Below, piece after piece: positions 1 through 11,084 of a stretch of DNA of 64,000 bases (position 1 is the first letter of the stretch; the number at the start of each line of letters is the position of its first letter). Source of the DNA: an uncultured Gammaproteobacteria bacterium (GTDB lineage Bacteria > Pseudomonadota > Gammaproteobacteria > Xanthomonadales > Rhodanobacteraceae). The translations under genes were made by a program, and so were the position numbers. The stretch lies in NCBI GenBank assembly GCA_963817755.1, contig CAWFPB010000005.1, positions 70,593 to 134,592 on the forward strand. Direction: 5' to 3'. The notes under the pieces are model-generated. The model did not search any database, had not been told where the DNA came from, and worked only from the letters and a program-made list of their open reading frames with translations.

Positions 1-975
1 CCCGCCGAACAGACCTCGCTGATCGGCCATGCCGCGGTGAAAATCCTGCACAAGGCCGGCATTCCCGAGGATGTGCTGCAGTTCATTCCCGGCGACGGCG
101 CCAGTGTCGGCGCGGCGCTGACCAGGGACCCGCGCATCGCCGGCGTGGCCTTCACCGGCTCCACCGAGACCGCCTGGGCGATCAACCGCACGCTGGCCGC
201 ACGCAAGGGCCCGATCGCGGCGCTGATCGCCGAGACCGGCGGCCAGAACGCGATGATCGCCGACTCCTCGGCGCTGCCCGAGCAGCTGGTCAAGGACGTG
301 ATGGCCTCGGCCTTCGGTTCGGCCGGCCAGCGCTGCTCGGCGGCGCGCATCCTGTTCATCCAGGACGAAGTGGCCGACCGCGTGATCGAGATGCTGGCCG
401 GCGCCATCGACGAGCTCAAGGTCGGCGACCCCGGCCTGCTGTCCACCGACGTCGGCCCGGTCATCGACCACGAGGCGCTGGAAGGCCTGCAAAAGCACGT
501 CGACCGCATGCACCGCGAAGCGAAGCTGATCCGCAAGGCGCCGGTGGACACCGATGTGCTCGAGCACGGCACCTTCCTGGCCCCGCACGCCTTCGAGATC
601 CCGTCCCTGGACATGCTCGAGCGCGAAGAATTCGGCCCGATCCTGCACGTGGTGCGCTGGAAGTCCGGCCAGCTGGACAAGGTGATCGAGCAGATCAACG
701 CCACCGGCTACGGCCTGACCCTGGGCATCCACAGCCGCATCGACGACACCATCGCCTACGTGCAGCAGCACGCGCGGGTAGGCAATTGCTACGCCAACCG
801 CAACCAGGTCGGCGCGGTGGTCGGCGTGCAGCCGTTCGGCGGCGAGGGCCTGTCCGGCACCGGCTTCAAGGCCGGCGGACCGCACTACATGCTGCGCTTC
901 GCCACCGAACGCGTGCTGACGGTCAACACCACCGCTGCCGGCGGCAATGCCAGCCTGATGATGCTGGGCGACTGA
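1..975 (+). CDS. putA: Bifunctional proline dehydrogenase/P5C dehydrogenase, C-terminal aldehyde-dehydrogenase part (5' end outside window)
   Basis: Frame open from base 1. ALDH motifs ETGGQNAMI, FGSAGQRCSA (catalytic Cys), EEFGPILHV and the PutA-typical GNCYANRNQVGAVVGVQPFGGEGLSGTG. Confidence 0.93.
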   Translation, partial: PAEQTSLIGHAAVKILHKAGIPEDVLQFIPGDGASVGAALTRDPRIAGVAFTGSTETAWAINRTLAARKGPIAALIAETGGQNAMIADSSALPEQLVKDVMASAFGSAGQRCSAARILFIQDEVADRVIEMLAGAIDELKVGDPGLLSTDVGPVIDHEALEGLQKHVDRMHREAKLIRKAPVDTDVLEHGTFLAPHAFEIPSLDMLEREEFGPILHVVRWKSGQLDKVIEQINATGYGLTLGIHSRIDDTIAYVQQHARVGNCYANRNQVGAVVGVQPFGGEGLSGTGFKAGGPHYMLRFATERVLTVNTTAAGGNASLMMLGD

Positions 976-995
976 CGCCCGTCGCCAAGCGGCAC

Positions 996-1028
996 AAAAA
1001 AACCCCCGCGGCATCGCGGGGGTTTTTT
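996..1028. terminator. Bidirectional intrinsic terminator between convergent putA and fadL
   Basis: AAAAAAA-CCCCCGCG-gcat-CGCGGGGG-TTTTTT: perfect 8-bp GC stem with A-tract before and T-tract after. Confidence 0.92.
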
Positions 1029-1065
1029 CTTGCCAGCCCCGGAAGGCCGGTGATCGGGCATCGCC

Positions 1066-2502
1066 TCAGTAGTGATAGGCCACCGAGAACGCGAGCAGGT
1101 TGCCCTTGTCCTTGAAATTGCCGGTCAGTCGATCGCCGGTCGGGCTGAGGTTGTTGACGTGCGCATCGGACACGAAGATGTGCGCGTAGCCCACGTTCAG
1201 GTCCAGCTTGGCCGTCGGCTTGTAACCCAGGCCAACGCTGATCCAGCGACGGGTGCCGTCCGGCACGCGCGGGTCGCGGGTGGCCACCGAGGTCGGCGTG
1301 CCGTCCACGGCCACGCCGGCACGCAGCGTCAGCTTGTCGTTGACGTAGTACTCGCCGCCCACCGAGGCAAAGATCGTGTTGGTCCAGTTGAAGGTCTCGA
1401 CCGAAGTCGGCTGGGCCGGGTTCTGGTAGTTCACGCGCAGCTCCTTGAAGGAGCTCCACTGGGTCCAGGTCACGTCCGCGCCGAAGCCGTAGCTGCTGCC
1501 CTGGTGCCAGTAGCTGAGGTTGGCGTAGGCCGGGGTGGTGAACGGCGCCGAACCCTTGGTGTCAGTGAACGGCACCCCGCCCGAGCCGGCCAGCAGCGGC
1601 TGCACCTGCGGATTGGTCAGAAGGGCGGTGACGTTGGCGGGCACCGTGAAGGTGGCATTGCCCTTCAACGTGTGGGTGATCTTCGAGTGGTAGCCCAGGG
1701 CCAGGCGGTCGTTGCCGGTGATCTTCCAGAAGGCGCCCAGCTGCCAGCCGTAGCCCCAGTCGTTGCCCTTGATGCGGGCCACGCCGTCGCTGCCCGGCGG
1801 AACCACGCCATTGATCAGGCCGATGTAGGTCGGTGCCGCCTGCGCGGGCAGCTGGCCGCTGGCCACCGCCTGCTGCACCAGGCCCACGCCGACGCTGTTG
1901 AAGTTGATCGCGGAGGTCAGCTCGGCGTTGGTGCGCTGGGCGACGAAGCTGGCGCCCAGGGTGAAGCTGTCGGTCACGTCATAGGAACCGGAGAAGGTCG
2001 CCGCCACCGACTGGAAGTTGGACTTCAGTGCGTTGTAGCGGCCGACCCAGCCGTAGTCGTAGTTGGTGCGGAAACCGAACGGCGCGCTGACGCCGAAGCC
2101 CAGGTGCGTGCGATCGTTGACCTGGGTGGCGATGAAGAAGGCCGGCACCGGGATGGTGGTGCCGCCGTCGCCGCCGTTGCCACCCGTGATGGGCCGCCCG
2201 AACGCGTCGGTGGCGCTGCCGCTGAACTTGGTGCTGAAGTTGATCGCGGTCACGTCGGCCTGGAACACGGTGCCGTGCAGCATGGTCATGGCTGCCGGAT
2301 TGTTGACCACGACCGAGGCGTCGCCGCCCGCGGCCGCCGAGCCGGCGAAGGAACGTCCCAGCGCCTTGGCGCTGTTTTCCTTGAGCTGGAATGCGCTGGC
2401 GTGTGCCGCCTGCGGCAGAATCAGCGCCGCGACAACGGCAGCCGACAGTGCAGCCATAGCCAGCGGGCGCGCTGCTTGGGCAAACGAGGTTCTCATGGAC
2501 AT
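1066..2502 (-). CDS. fadL: FadL/OmpP1/TodX-family outer-membrane long-chain fatty acid transporter
   Basis: Signal peptide followed by SAFQLKENSAKALGRSFAG (FadL hatch), NNPAAM, DPRVPDGTRRW and C-terminal aromatic residue (YHY). Confidence 0.9.
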   Translation of the reverse strand: MSMRTSFAQAARPLAMAALSAAVVAALILPQAAHASAFQLKENSAKALGRSFAGSAAAGGDASVVVNNPAAMTMLHGTVFQADVTAINFSTKFSGSATDAFGRPITGGNGGDGGTTIPVPAFFIATQVNDRTHLGFGVSAPFGFRTNYDYGWVGRYNALKSNFQSVAATFSGSYDVTDSFTLGASFVAQRTNAELTSAINFNSVGVGLVQQAVASGQLPAQAAPTYIGLINGVVPPGSDGVARIKGNDWGYGWQLGAFWKITGNDRLALGYHSKITHTLKGNATFTVPANVTALLTNPQVQPLLAGSGGVPFTDTKGSAPFTTPAYANLSYWHQGSSYGFGADVTWTQWSSFKELRVNYQNPAQPTSVETFNWTNTIFASVGGEYYVNDKLTLRAGVAVDGTPTSVATRDPRVPDGTRRWISVGLGYKPTAKLDLNVGYAHIFVSDAHVNNLSPTGDRLTGNFKDKGNLLAFSVAYHY

Positions 2503-2722
2503 GGTGTCACTCCTGCGATCGGACGCGATTTGTTGCGATCCGCACCGGGCGGATACGTGGCATGGGTTGTGTGTCTTTCATACAGACGTTTGAAGACTGT
2601 GACAGAACTTTGACGACAGTTTCGGACGATTGCAAGTATCCCCGGTCATGGCCGGAGCCGGCCCAAGCACCCGACCGCGTATGCTTGCCCCCCAACCTCA
2701 TCCCGCACGGAGACCGACTGTC

Positions 2723-2965
2723 ATGCAATGCCACGTCTACGCCAGTGTGCGCAGGCAGGATACGTACCTGTGGCTGGACGATCCCCAGCGCATCGACACA
2801 CTGCCCGAAACCCTGCACGAGTTGCTGGGCGAACTTCGCTTCGTCATCGAACTGGACCTGCAACCGGACCGGAGCCTGCCGCGGGAAGATGCAGGTCTTG
2901 TGCTGGAAAACCTGCGCACGCAGGGCTGGCACCTGCAAATGCCGCCCGGCGAGGCGACTGACTGA
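2723..2965 (+). CDS. ycgL: YcgL domain protein
   Basis: MQCHVYASVRRQDTYLWL...VLENLRTQGWHLQMPP matches the YcgL pattern; GGAG RBS at about 2709. Confidence 0.85.
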   Translation: MQCHVYASVRRQDTYLWLDDPQRIDTLPETLHELLGELRFVIELDLQPDRSLPREDAGLVLENLRTQGWHLQMPPGEATD

Positions 2966-3052
2966 ACGCAACCCTACGCCCGTGCGGACCCGGCACGCCC
3001 ACGCGTAGTATCGTTGCGCGCAACACCCCAAGCCGGCCCCTGGCCCTTCATC

Positions 3053-6000
3053 ATGCCGCCGACCGCATTGCGCCGCCGTCCACCCCTCAACATCCTGCTG
3101 GCCGCATCCCTTCCGGTACCGGCCATGATCGTCGCCGCCGCCTATCTCCCCTCGCCCCTGGCTGCGCTGTGCCTGCTGCTGGCCAACAGCCTGATGTTCA
3201 ACGCCGCGGGCCTGATGGCAGGCGCCCGCCCGGCGAACGCCAGTACGCGCCATGTATCCGGCCGCATGCTTGCTCACCTCATTTTCTTCACCATCTACAC
3301 CGCAGGCGTGCTGGCGCTGGTGGCATGGCCGATGGCACAGCTCGCGCAGCGGCCGACGCTCGGCGGCGTCCTGGTGCTTTCCACCGTGCTGGCCGGCTGC
3401 ATCGCCGCCCTGTGGCGGCACTGGCCGGTCTTCGCGCTGGTGTTCACCCGCAGCGCCGCGGGTCACGGCAAACCGGCCTCCCTGCGCCCGGTCCTCTCGC
3501 AAAGCCTGCGCCTGGCACGCCAGCTTTCCGCGGAACAGCGACTGTTCGCCGACATCCTTCCGGTGGCCGGTGGCATGCTGGCCTGCGCCATGGGCGTGCT
3601 GGCGCTGGGCGGCCTGGTCGATGGCGTGCCCGAACCGCTGCGCATGCGCATCCTGTGGCTGTACGGCCTGGTGCTGCTTCCGCTCAGCGCGGCACTCGCG
3701 TTCCAGCGCACCCTGCGTGTTCTTGCGCGCAGCGGCGTGGCGCCTGCGGCGGCCGGCGAGGACCTCGCGCCGCGCGATGCCGTCCTGCCGGATCAGGCAG
3801 GGACCGATGCCGATGTCTCCGATCCCGATACATTCACCGGCGAGGGCAACCTGATCGACCGGGTCCGTGCCGGCCATGTCGAGCAAGCCCTTGCCCTGCT
3901 GGAGCAGGGCGCCGATCCCAACGAAGGGCCGCAGGCCGGTGACCGCGACCAGCGCTCGGCACTGATCCTGGCCGCGCAGCTGCCCGAAACCCGGCTGCTG
4001 CGCGCCATGATCTCGCACGGCGCGGACGTCAACCGGGTGCAGGGCGGGCTCACGCCGCTGCTGGCCGCCACGCGCGACAGTTACCATGGCCGCGCCGAAG
4101 CGGTGATGACGCTGCTGGCCAACGGTGCCGATCCGTCCTTCGCCGATGCCGACGGCAACACCCCGCTGCACGGCGCCGCACTGAGCGTCGAACCATCCGT
4201 CGCCGCCATGCTGATCGACGCCGGGGCCAATCCCAACGTGCTCAACCGTACCGGGCTCACGCCGCTGGCCACCGCCTGCCGTGCGGGCAACTGGGCACTG
4301 GTGCAGTATCTGCTCGAACACGGCGCACGGGCCGCTTTGGACCATGGCGAGCCGGCCCTGCTGTCCGCCGCCTCCATCGCCGAGGACGACCCGGAAGGCG
4401 TGCAGCTGCTGCTGCGGCACAAGGCACCGGTCAACGGCGCCAACGCCATCGGTCGCAACGCACTGATGGCCGCGGCACTGGAAGGTCATGCCGACATCGC
4501 CCGCGCGCTGGTCGGCGCCGGCATCGACATCGACGCCGTCGACGGCCACGGCACGACCGCGCTGATGGAAGCATCGCGTTCGGGCGCGCTCGGCGTGGTC
4601 CACGTGCTCGCCGCGGCCGGTGCCGACGTCCACTGCCGCGACAAGCACGGCCGCGACGCACTGATGCTGGCCTGCCAGTCCCCGCGCACCCAGGGCGACA
4701 TCGTGCGCTCCCTGCTGGACCTGGGCGCCGACCCGCGCGCCGTCGGCAACGACGGCCGCAGCGCGCTCGACCATGCCGCGTCCACCGGCCGCTGGGACCT
4801 GGTCGCGCTGATGGATCCGGAAACCCCCTTGCCGGCCAACCTCGACGTCGGCGCCGGCCCCGAACCCGGTGCCGATACGCCCGACCACCTGGCCGATGCG
4901 CTACGCTTCGGCCACTGGGCCATTGCCTCGACCTTCTCCCGGCGCGTGCGTGAATGGCCCCGGGAAGAGCTCGGCCAGGTCTTCCTGGTGCTGGCCGATG
5001 CAGCGCCCGCCGCACGTCGGTGGCTGCTCGATCACGGCCTGTCGCCCCACGCCCGCCTGGCCGACGGCACACCTCTTCTTGATGCCCTGATCGATGCACT
5101 GCCCGACAGTGCCGCGGCCATCCACGAACTGCTCGACGCCGGTGCCGAGGCGGCCGGCGGTGCGCGCATCGCGCGGGCACTTGTTGCGGCATCCGCTGAT
5201 CCGGGCTGTGCGGACGTGGTTCTGCGAATGCTGCAATCGGGCGGCGATCCGTTCGCACGCCATGCCGGCAGCGCCACGCCGGTGCATCTGGCTGCATCCT
5301 TCGGCCAGACGGCGGTACTCGATGCGTTGCTGGCCATCGGCTGCAATCCCAACGTGACCGACGCCACCGGCCGCACACCGCTGCATGCCGCCCTCGAACA
5401 TGCCGATCCGCTTCCTCAGATCCGCGCCCTGATCCGCGCCGGTGCCGATCCGGAGGCCGCCGCCGCCAACAACGAGACGCCGCTGGGCGCGGTACTCGAC
5501 CATGCCGATCCGGACGTGCCGCGATGGCTGCGCTGGGGCGACGCCTGGCCGCTGCCCGGGCGGGCGTTGCGTACTTCGGACCTGCCCGCCGCCGCAGCCA
5601 CCGGCGACAACGAAGCGGTATGCAAGCTGCTGGCGCTGGGTTTCCCGGTCGACAGTCGTGACGCCCAGGGCGCCAGCGCCCTGCTGCGTGCAGCCGGCAT
5701 GGGCCATACCGACACCGCTCACCTGCTGATCGAACACGAGGCCGACCTGGCCCTGAGCGCGCGCACCGGGGTCACGCCGCTGGCCGCCGCCGCCAATGCC
5801 GGACGCGCGGACATGGTCGAGCTGCTGCTGGACAACGGCGCGCAGATCGACCAGCCGCTGCCGGGGCGCACCACGGCGATGATGCTGGCCGTGGCCCGCG
5901 GCCATGTCGACATCGTCGAGCGGATGCTGGCCGCCGGTGCCGATATCCACGTGCGCGACATGTACGCCCGCAGCGTGCTGCACCCGGCCGCGCAGTTCTG

Positions 6001-6442
6001 CTTCGCCGGGCGCGACAGCCTGCGTGCACGACGCATGCTCGACCTGTTGCTGCGCCACGGCGCCGAGGTCAACTTCGCCGACCAGGACGAACGCACCCCG
6101 CTGCTTCTGTTGCTGGGCGCACACGCCCCTCCCGGCGCCGCCTGCGACGGCACTCATCTCGGCGCCCTGCTTCCGGTACTGCTGGATGCCGGCGCCGATC
6201 CGCGTCAGTCCGACCGCCGCGGGATCACGCCCCTGCATGCCTGCGCCATGCACATGCTGGTCGGCCCGGCGCGACTGCTGCTGGCGAACGGCGCGGCCCG
6301 CGACGCAGTCGACGAACAAGGTCGCACCCCGGCCGAACTGGCACGCGAACTGGGCTACATCGACGTCGCCGTGGAACTGGAGGCGCGAACGCCGGGCGTA
6401 CCCGGTGTCAGCCAGACGCTGCGCCGTCCTGCCGCCGACTAG
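3053..6442 (+). CDS. Membrane-anchored ankyrin-repeat protein (N-terminal TM bundle plus about 20 ankyrin repeats)
   Basis: Hydrophobic helices in the first ~240 aa, then repeated GxTPLxxA-type motifs (GGLTPLLAAT, DGNTPLHGAA, TGLTPLATAC, TGRTPLHAAL, RGITPLHACA). Start could be 3014. Confidence 0.88.
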   Translation: MPPTALRRRPPLNILLAASLPVPAMIVAAAYLPSPLAALCLLLANSLMFNAAGLMAGARPANASTRHVSGRMLAHLIFFTIYTAGVLALVAWPMAQLAQRPTLGGVLVLSTVLAGCIAALWRHWPVFALVFTRSAAGHGKPASLRPVLSQSLRLARQLSAEQRLFADILPVAGGMLACAMGVLALGGLVDGVPEPLRMRILWLYGLVLLPLSAALAFQRTLRVLARSGVAPAAAGEDLAPRDAVLPDQAGTDADVSDPDTFTGEGNLIDRVRAGHVEQALALLEQGADPNEGPQAGDRDQRSALILAAQLPETRLLRAMISHGADVNRVQGGLTPLLAATRDSYHGRAEAVMTLLANGADPSFADADGNTPLHGAALSVEPSVAAMLIDAGANPNVLNRTGLTPLATACRAGNWALVQYLLEHGARAALDHGEPALLSAASIAEDDPEGVQLLLRHKAPVNGANAIGRNALMAAALEGHADIARALVGAGIDIDAVDGHGTTALMEASRSGALGVVHVLAAAGADVHCRDKHGRDALMLACQSPRTQGDIVRSLLDLGADPRAVGNDGRSALDHAASTGRWDLVALMDPETPLPANLDVGAGPEPGADTPDHLADALRFGHWAIASTFSRRVREWPREELGQVFLVLADAAPAARRWLLDHGLSPHARLADGTPLLDALIDALPDSAAAIHELLDAGAEAAGGARIARALVAASADPGCADVVLRMLQSGGDPFARHAGSATPVHLAASFGQTAVLDALLAIGCNPNVTDATGRTPLHAALEHADPLPQIRALIRAGADPEAAAANNETPLGAVLDHADPDVPRWLRWGDAWPLPGRALRTSDLPAAAATGDNEAVCKLLALGFPVDSRDAQGASALLRAAGMGHTDTAHLLIEHEADLALSARTGVTPLAAAANAGRADMVELLLDNGAQIDQPLPGRTTAMMLAVARGHVDIVERMLAAGADIHVRDMYARSVLHPAAQFCFAGRDSLRARRMLDLLLRHGAEVNFADQDERTPLLLLLGAHAPPGAACDGTHLGALLPVLLDAGADPRQSDRRGITPLHACAMHMLVGPARLLLANGAARDAVDEQGRTPAELARELGYIDVAVELEARTPGVPGVSQTLRRPAAD

Positions 6443-6694
6443 CGGCGCACCATCCCGGAGTTTCCCTGGCAACCCGCCTTCCACGCTCCGGTGAAAGGCG
6501 CTCCGCAGGTGTGGACGGGGTCATTGGGCCAACACCGTGCTGCGGCCCCGCCACAGGGCACCGCCGGACTCCCGCGAAGCGGGATCCGTCCGCACAACGA
6601 CAGCGGCCGGCACCGGCCCGGCCCCGCCCGCATGCCCGAACCAAAACCTTCAGACGCTTCGGCGGGTCACGGTCGTCAGTCCGACACCCGGGAC

Positions 6695-8497
6695 TCACGT
6701 ATCCCCTTCGGCTTCCCCGCTCCGGCTGTCGGCCTCGAACAGCCGCTCCAGATCCGCAAACGCCTCGCGCGTGGTGCGCATGAGCGCGGCCTCGTCGTCG
6801 TAGACCAGGTACTGTGCCTTCAGCACCGACTCGTCATGCTCGCGGAATCGCGCAAGCAGTTCCTCTGCATCGGCATCGGTCGTACCCAGTCTTGTCAGCA
6901 CCTGATGGGTCAGGCGCAGGCTGGAATGGAAGGTCTCGCGCACCGGCTCTTCGATACCCAGGTCCATCAGATGGTAGGCGTGCTGACGATTGCGCGCGCG
7001 GGCAAGGATCTTCAGGTGCGGGAAGTGCCGGCGCACCACGCGCGCCGCGCGCAGGTTGGCCTGCGGATCATCCGTGGCCAGCACGAAGATCTCGGCCTTG
7101 TCGGCCTGCGCCGCGCGCAGCAGGTCGGCACGCGCCGGGTCGCCGAAGAAGATCTGGGTGGTCCCGAAACGGCGCACCATGTCGACCTGCTCGACCGACG
7201 CCTCCAGCGCCACGAATGGGATGTGCTGGGCACGCAGCACGCGCGCGACGATCTGCCCGACACGGCCGAACCCGGCAATGATCACGCGCGGGGCATCGGT
7301 CTCGATGCGGTCGTACGCGCGTTCGGGCGTCTTGTCGCCCTTCCCGAGCACGTGCGCCAGGCTCACCACCAGCAGCGGCATCAACGCCATGGACAGACTG
7401 ATCGCCAGCACCAGCAGGTCACGCTGGCGGGCGTCCAGCAGGTGCTCGCCCAGCGCCAGGTTCAGCAGCACGAAGGCGAATTCGCCGCCACTGGCCAGCA
7501 GCATGGCCATGCGCAGGGCATCGCCCGATCCCAACTTGCCGACCCAGCGGCCCAGGGGCCACAGCATCAGGCCCTTGACCGCCATCAGGCCCAGCACCAG
7601 GCCGGCAATCAGCAGCGGCACCTGGCGCAGCAGGCCCAGGTCCACGGTCATGCCCACGCTGATGAAGAACAGGCCCAGCAGCAGGCCCTTGAAGGGCTCG
7701 ATGTGCGATTCCAGCTCGTGCCGGTATTCCGAATCGGCCAGCAGCACCCCGGCCAGGAATGCACCCAGCGTGGCCGAGGCGCCGGCCAGCTCCATCACCC
7801 AGGCCGTGCCCATCACCACCAGCAGGGCGGTGGCCGTGGAGACCTCCTGGATGTTGGTGCGCGCGACGATGCGGAACAACGGACGCAGCAGGTAGCGCCC
7901 GCCCACGACCACCGCCACGATGCTGACCACGATCCGCAACACACCCGGCACGATCGAGCCTTCGGCCGTGGCCGCGGCGCCGCCGAGCAGGGGCACGGCG
8001 GCGATCAGCGGGATCGCGGCCAGGTCCTGGAACAGCAGGATGGCGAAGGTCAGGCGTCCGTGCGCACTGCCGGCCTCCTTGCGTTCGGCCAGAATCTGCA
8101 GCCCGAAGGCGGTCGAGGACAGCGCCAGTGCCGCACCCACGACGACCGAGGCGCGCAGGGCCAGGCCGAAACCGAAGTGGGCGATCGCCAGCAGTGCCGC
8201 ACCACAGGCCAGCACCTGCAACGCGCCGATTCCGAACACCGCCCGGCGCATGACCATCAAACGTGCCGGCGACAGCTCCAGGCCGATCACGAACAGCATC
8301 AGCACCACGCCCAGCTCGGAGATCTGCGCGACCCGCGCGGTGTCGCCGACCAGGCCCAGTACATGCGGGCCGATCACCACGCCGGCGACCAGGAAACCGA
8401 GCACCGAGCCGAGCCGGAACTTGCGCACCAGCGGCACCGCAAGCACCGTGGCCAGCAGGAACACCACGGCGGTCTCGAGCAGATGTCCGGTATGCAT
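6695..8497 (-). CDS. CPA2-family K+ efflux antiporter (KefB/KefC-like) with C-terminal KTN/TrkA-N domain
   Basis: ELGVVLMLFVIGLELSP, LSSTAFGLQIL, LLFQDLA, IEPFKGLLLGLFFISVGM, then VIIAGFGRVGQ. Confidence 0.92.
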   Translation of the reverse strand: MHTGHLLETAVVFLLATVLAVPLVRKFRLGSVLGFLVAGVVIGPHVLGLVGDTARVAQISELGVVLMLFVIGLELSPARLMVMRRAVFGIGALQVLACGAALLAIAHFGFGLALRASVVVGAALALSSTAFGLQILAERKEAGSAHGRLTFAILLFQDLAAIPLIAAVPLLGGAAATAEGSIVPGVLRIVVSIVAVVVGGRYLLRPLFRIVARTNIQEVSTATALLVVMGTAWVMELAGASATLGAFLAGVLLADSEYRHELESHIEPFKGLLLGLFFISVGMTVDLGLLRQVPLLIAGLVLGLMAVKGLMLWPLGRWVGKLGSGDALRMAMLLASGGEFAFVLLNLALGEHLLDARQRDLLVLAISLSMALMPLLVVSLAHVLGKGDKTPERAYDRIETDAPRVIIAGFGRVGQIVARVLRAQHIPFVALEASVEQVDMVRRFGTTQIFFGDPARADLLRAAQADKAEIFVLATDDPQANLRAARVVRRHFPHLKILARARNRQHAYHLMDLGIEEPVRETFHSSLRLTHQVLTRLGTTDADAEELLARFREHDESVLKAQYLVYDDEAALMRTTREAFADLERLFEADSRSGEAEGDT

Positions 8498-8587
8498 GGG
8501 GCGCGTCCCGACGTTCCCGGCGATGCACGGCGCATCGCTTCCGATTATGTCAGGGCGCGGCCGGACGCACGAGACGCCGGTGGGGCG

Positions 8588-9831
<1,244 letters not shown>

Positions 9832-10287
9832 ATGCCCGCCTCAATTGCCCTGGTCTTCCTGCTCGTCTTCAGCGCCCTGACGCTGGGCATGTCGGTCAAG
9901 CGCATCCCCGAGGGCCAGGTCTACACGCTGCGCCGCATGGGTCACGCCTCCCCGCGCCTGCTGCAGCCGGGCACGCACTGGGTCTGGCCGGTGCTCGAGC
10001 ACGTCACCCACCGCATCAGCCTGGTCGGCCATACCCTGCAACTGGATGCCGGCGACGCCCTGCCGCACGGCACCATCTTCTGGCAGGTGCTCGAACCCGA
10101 ACGCGCCGATGCCGTCATCGACCAGGCCGAATCGATGATCCGCAGTCACCTGCACCGTACCGACGCCCGGCCGGAGGCTTTCGCCGACGCCGCCGCGCGC
10201 GATGCGGCCATCAAGCGCCAGCTCAACGAGGCCCTCGCCAAGCACGGTATCCTGGTCACCCGGGTACGGCTGGGCAGCACTGCCTGA
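9832..10287 (+). CDS. Short SPFH/Band-7-domain membrane protein
   Basis: N-terminal TM, then SVKRIPEGQVYTLRRMG...LLQPGTHWVWPVLEHV and LNEALAKHGILVTRVRL, as in stomatin/QmcA domains; only 151 aa. Confidence 0.7.
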   Translation: MPASIALVFLLVFSALTLGMSVKRIPEGQVYTLRRMGHASPRLLQPGTHWVWPVLEHVTHRISLVGHTLQLDAGDALPHGTIFWQVLEPERADAVIDQAESMIRSHLHRTDARPEAFADAAARDAAIKRQLNEALAKHGILVTRVRLGSTA

Positions 10288-10366
10288 AACCGGAGCGCAC
10301 TGGAACTACCGCCGCGACCCGGGGATACTTGCCGGTTCCATCCGCCGTACGCCCGGTGAACCGCGC

Positions 10367-11002
10367 ATGCAACGCGCCGCCCTGCAACGACAACTCGACG
10401 ACGGCATTGCCGCACTGGGTCAGGACCTGCCGGCCGATGCGCGGTCACGCCTGATCGACTTCATCGAGCTGCTGATGCGCTGGAACGCGGCCTACAACCT
10501 CACCGCGGTGCGCGATCCGCGGGACATGGTGACCCGCCACCTGCTCGACTCGCTGGCCATCGCGCCCCATGTGCGCGGCGCGACCCTGGCCGATATCGGC
10601 AGCGGCGCCGGCCTGCCCGGCCTGGTGCTGGCCATCGCCGCGCCGCAGCGCAGGGTCACCCTGATCGACACCAACGGCAAGAAGTGCCGCTTCCAGCGCG
10701 AGGCGGTGCGCCACCTGGGCCTGGACAACGTCGAGGTCATCCACGGCCGGGTTGAGGACGTGCGCGGAAGCTACGAGTGCATCACCGCACGCGCCTTCGC
10801 CAGCCTGGCCGACATGCTTTCCTGGGCCGGCCACCTGCTGGCGCCGAACGGCTGCTGGCTGGCCATGAAGGGCCGCCGACCGGACGACGAGCTGGTCGCC
10901 CTGCCCCCCGGCTTCCGCCTGGCAAGCGAACATGTACTGCACGTGCCCGGCCTGGACGCCGAGCGCCATCTGCTGGTCCTGGCACGATCCGGGGCGGCGT
11001 GA
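10367..11002 (+). CDS. rsmG: 16S rRNA m7G527 methyltransferase
   Basis: WNAAYNLTAVRD, RHLLDSL, ADIGSGAGLPG, ITARAFASL; directly upstream of parA. Confidence 0.96.
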   Translation: MQRAALQRQLDDGIAALGQDLPADARSRLIDFIELLMRWNAAYNLTAVRDPRDMVTRHLLDSLAIAPHVRGATLADIGSGAGLPGLVLAIAAPQRRVTLIDTNGKKCRFQREAVRHLGLDNVEVIHGRVEDVRGSYECITARAFASLADMLSWAGHLLAPNGCWLAMKGRRPDDELVALPPGFRLASEHVLHVPGLDAERHLLVLARSGAA

Positions 11003-11084
11003 TGGTACGCTTCGATTCCCCGCCCGTGTCGACCGCGCGCTCCGGCGCGTCCGATCCGGCGGCAGCCACGTTTGCGAGGGGAGC

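Noticed and set aside
6443-6694. RNase P, 6S, SRP RNA or a cobalamin riboswitch
   Set aside because: Only short look-alike words; hallmark motifs (e.g. GAGGAAAGUCC, TCAGGTCCGGAAGGAAGCAGC) are absent, and the region is 3' of both genes.
6695-8497. Kef antiporter lacking a KefF/KefG ancillary gene
   Set aside because: Standalone Kef homologues are common outside enterobacteria.
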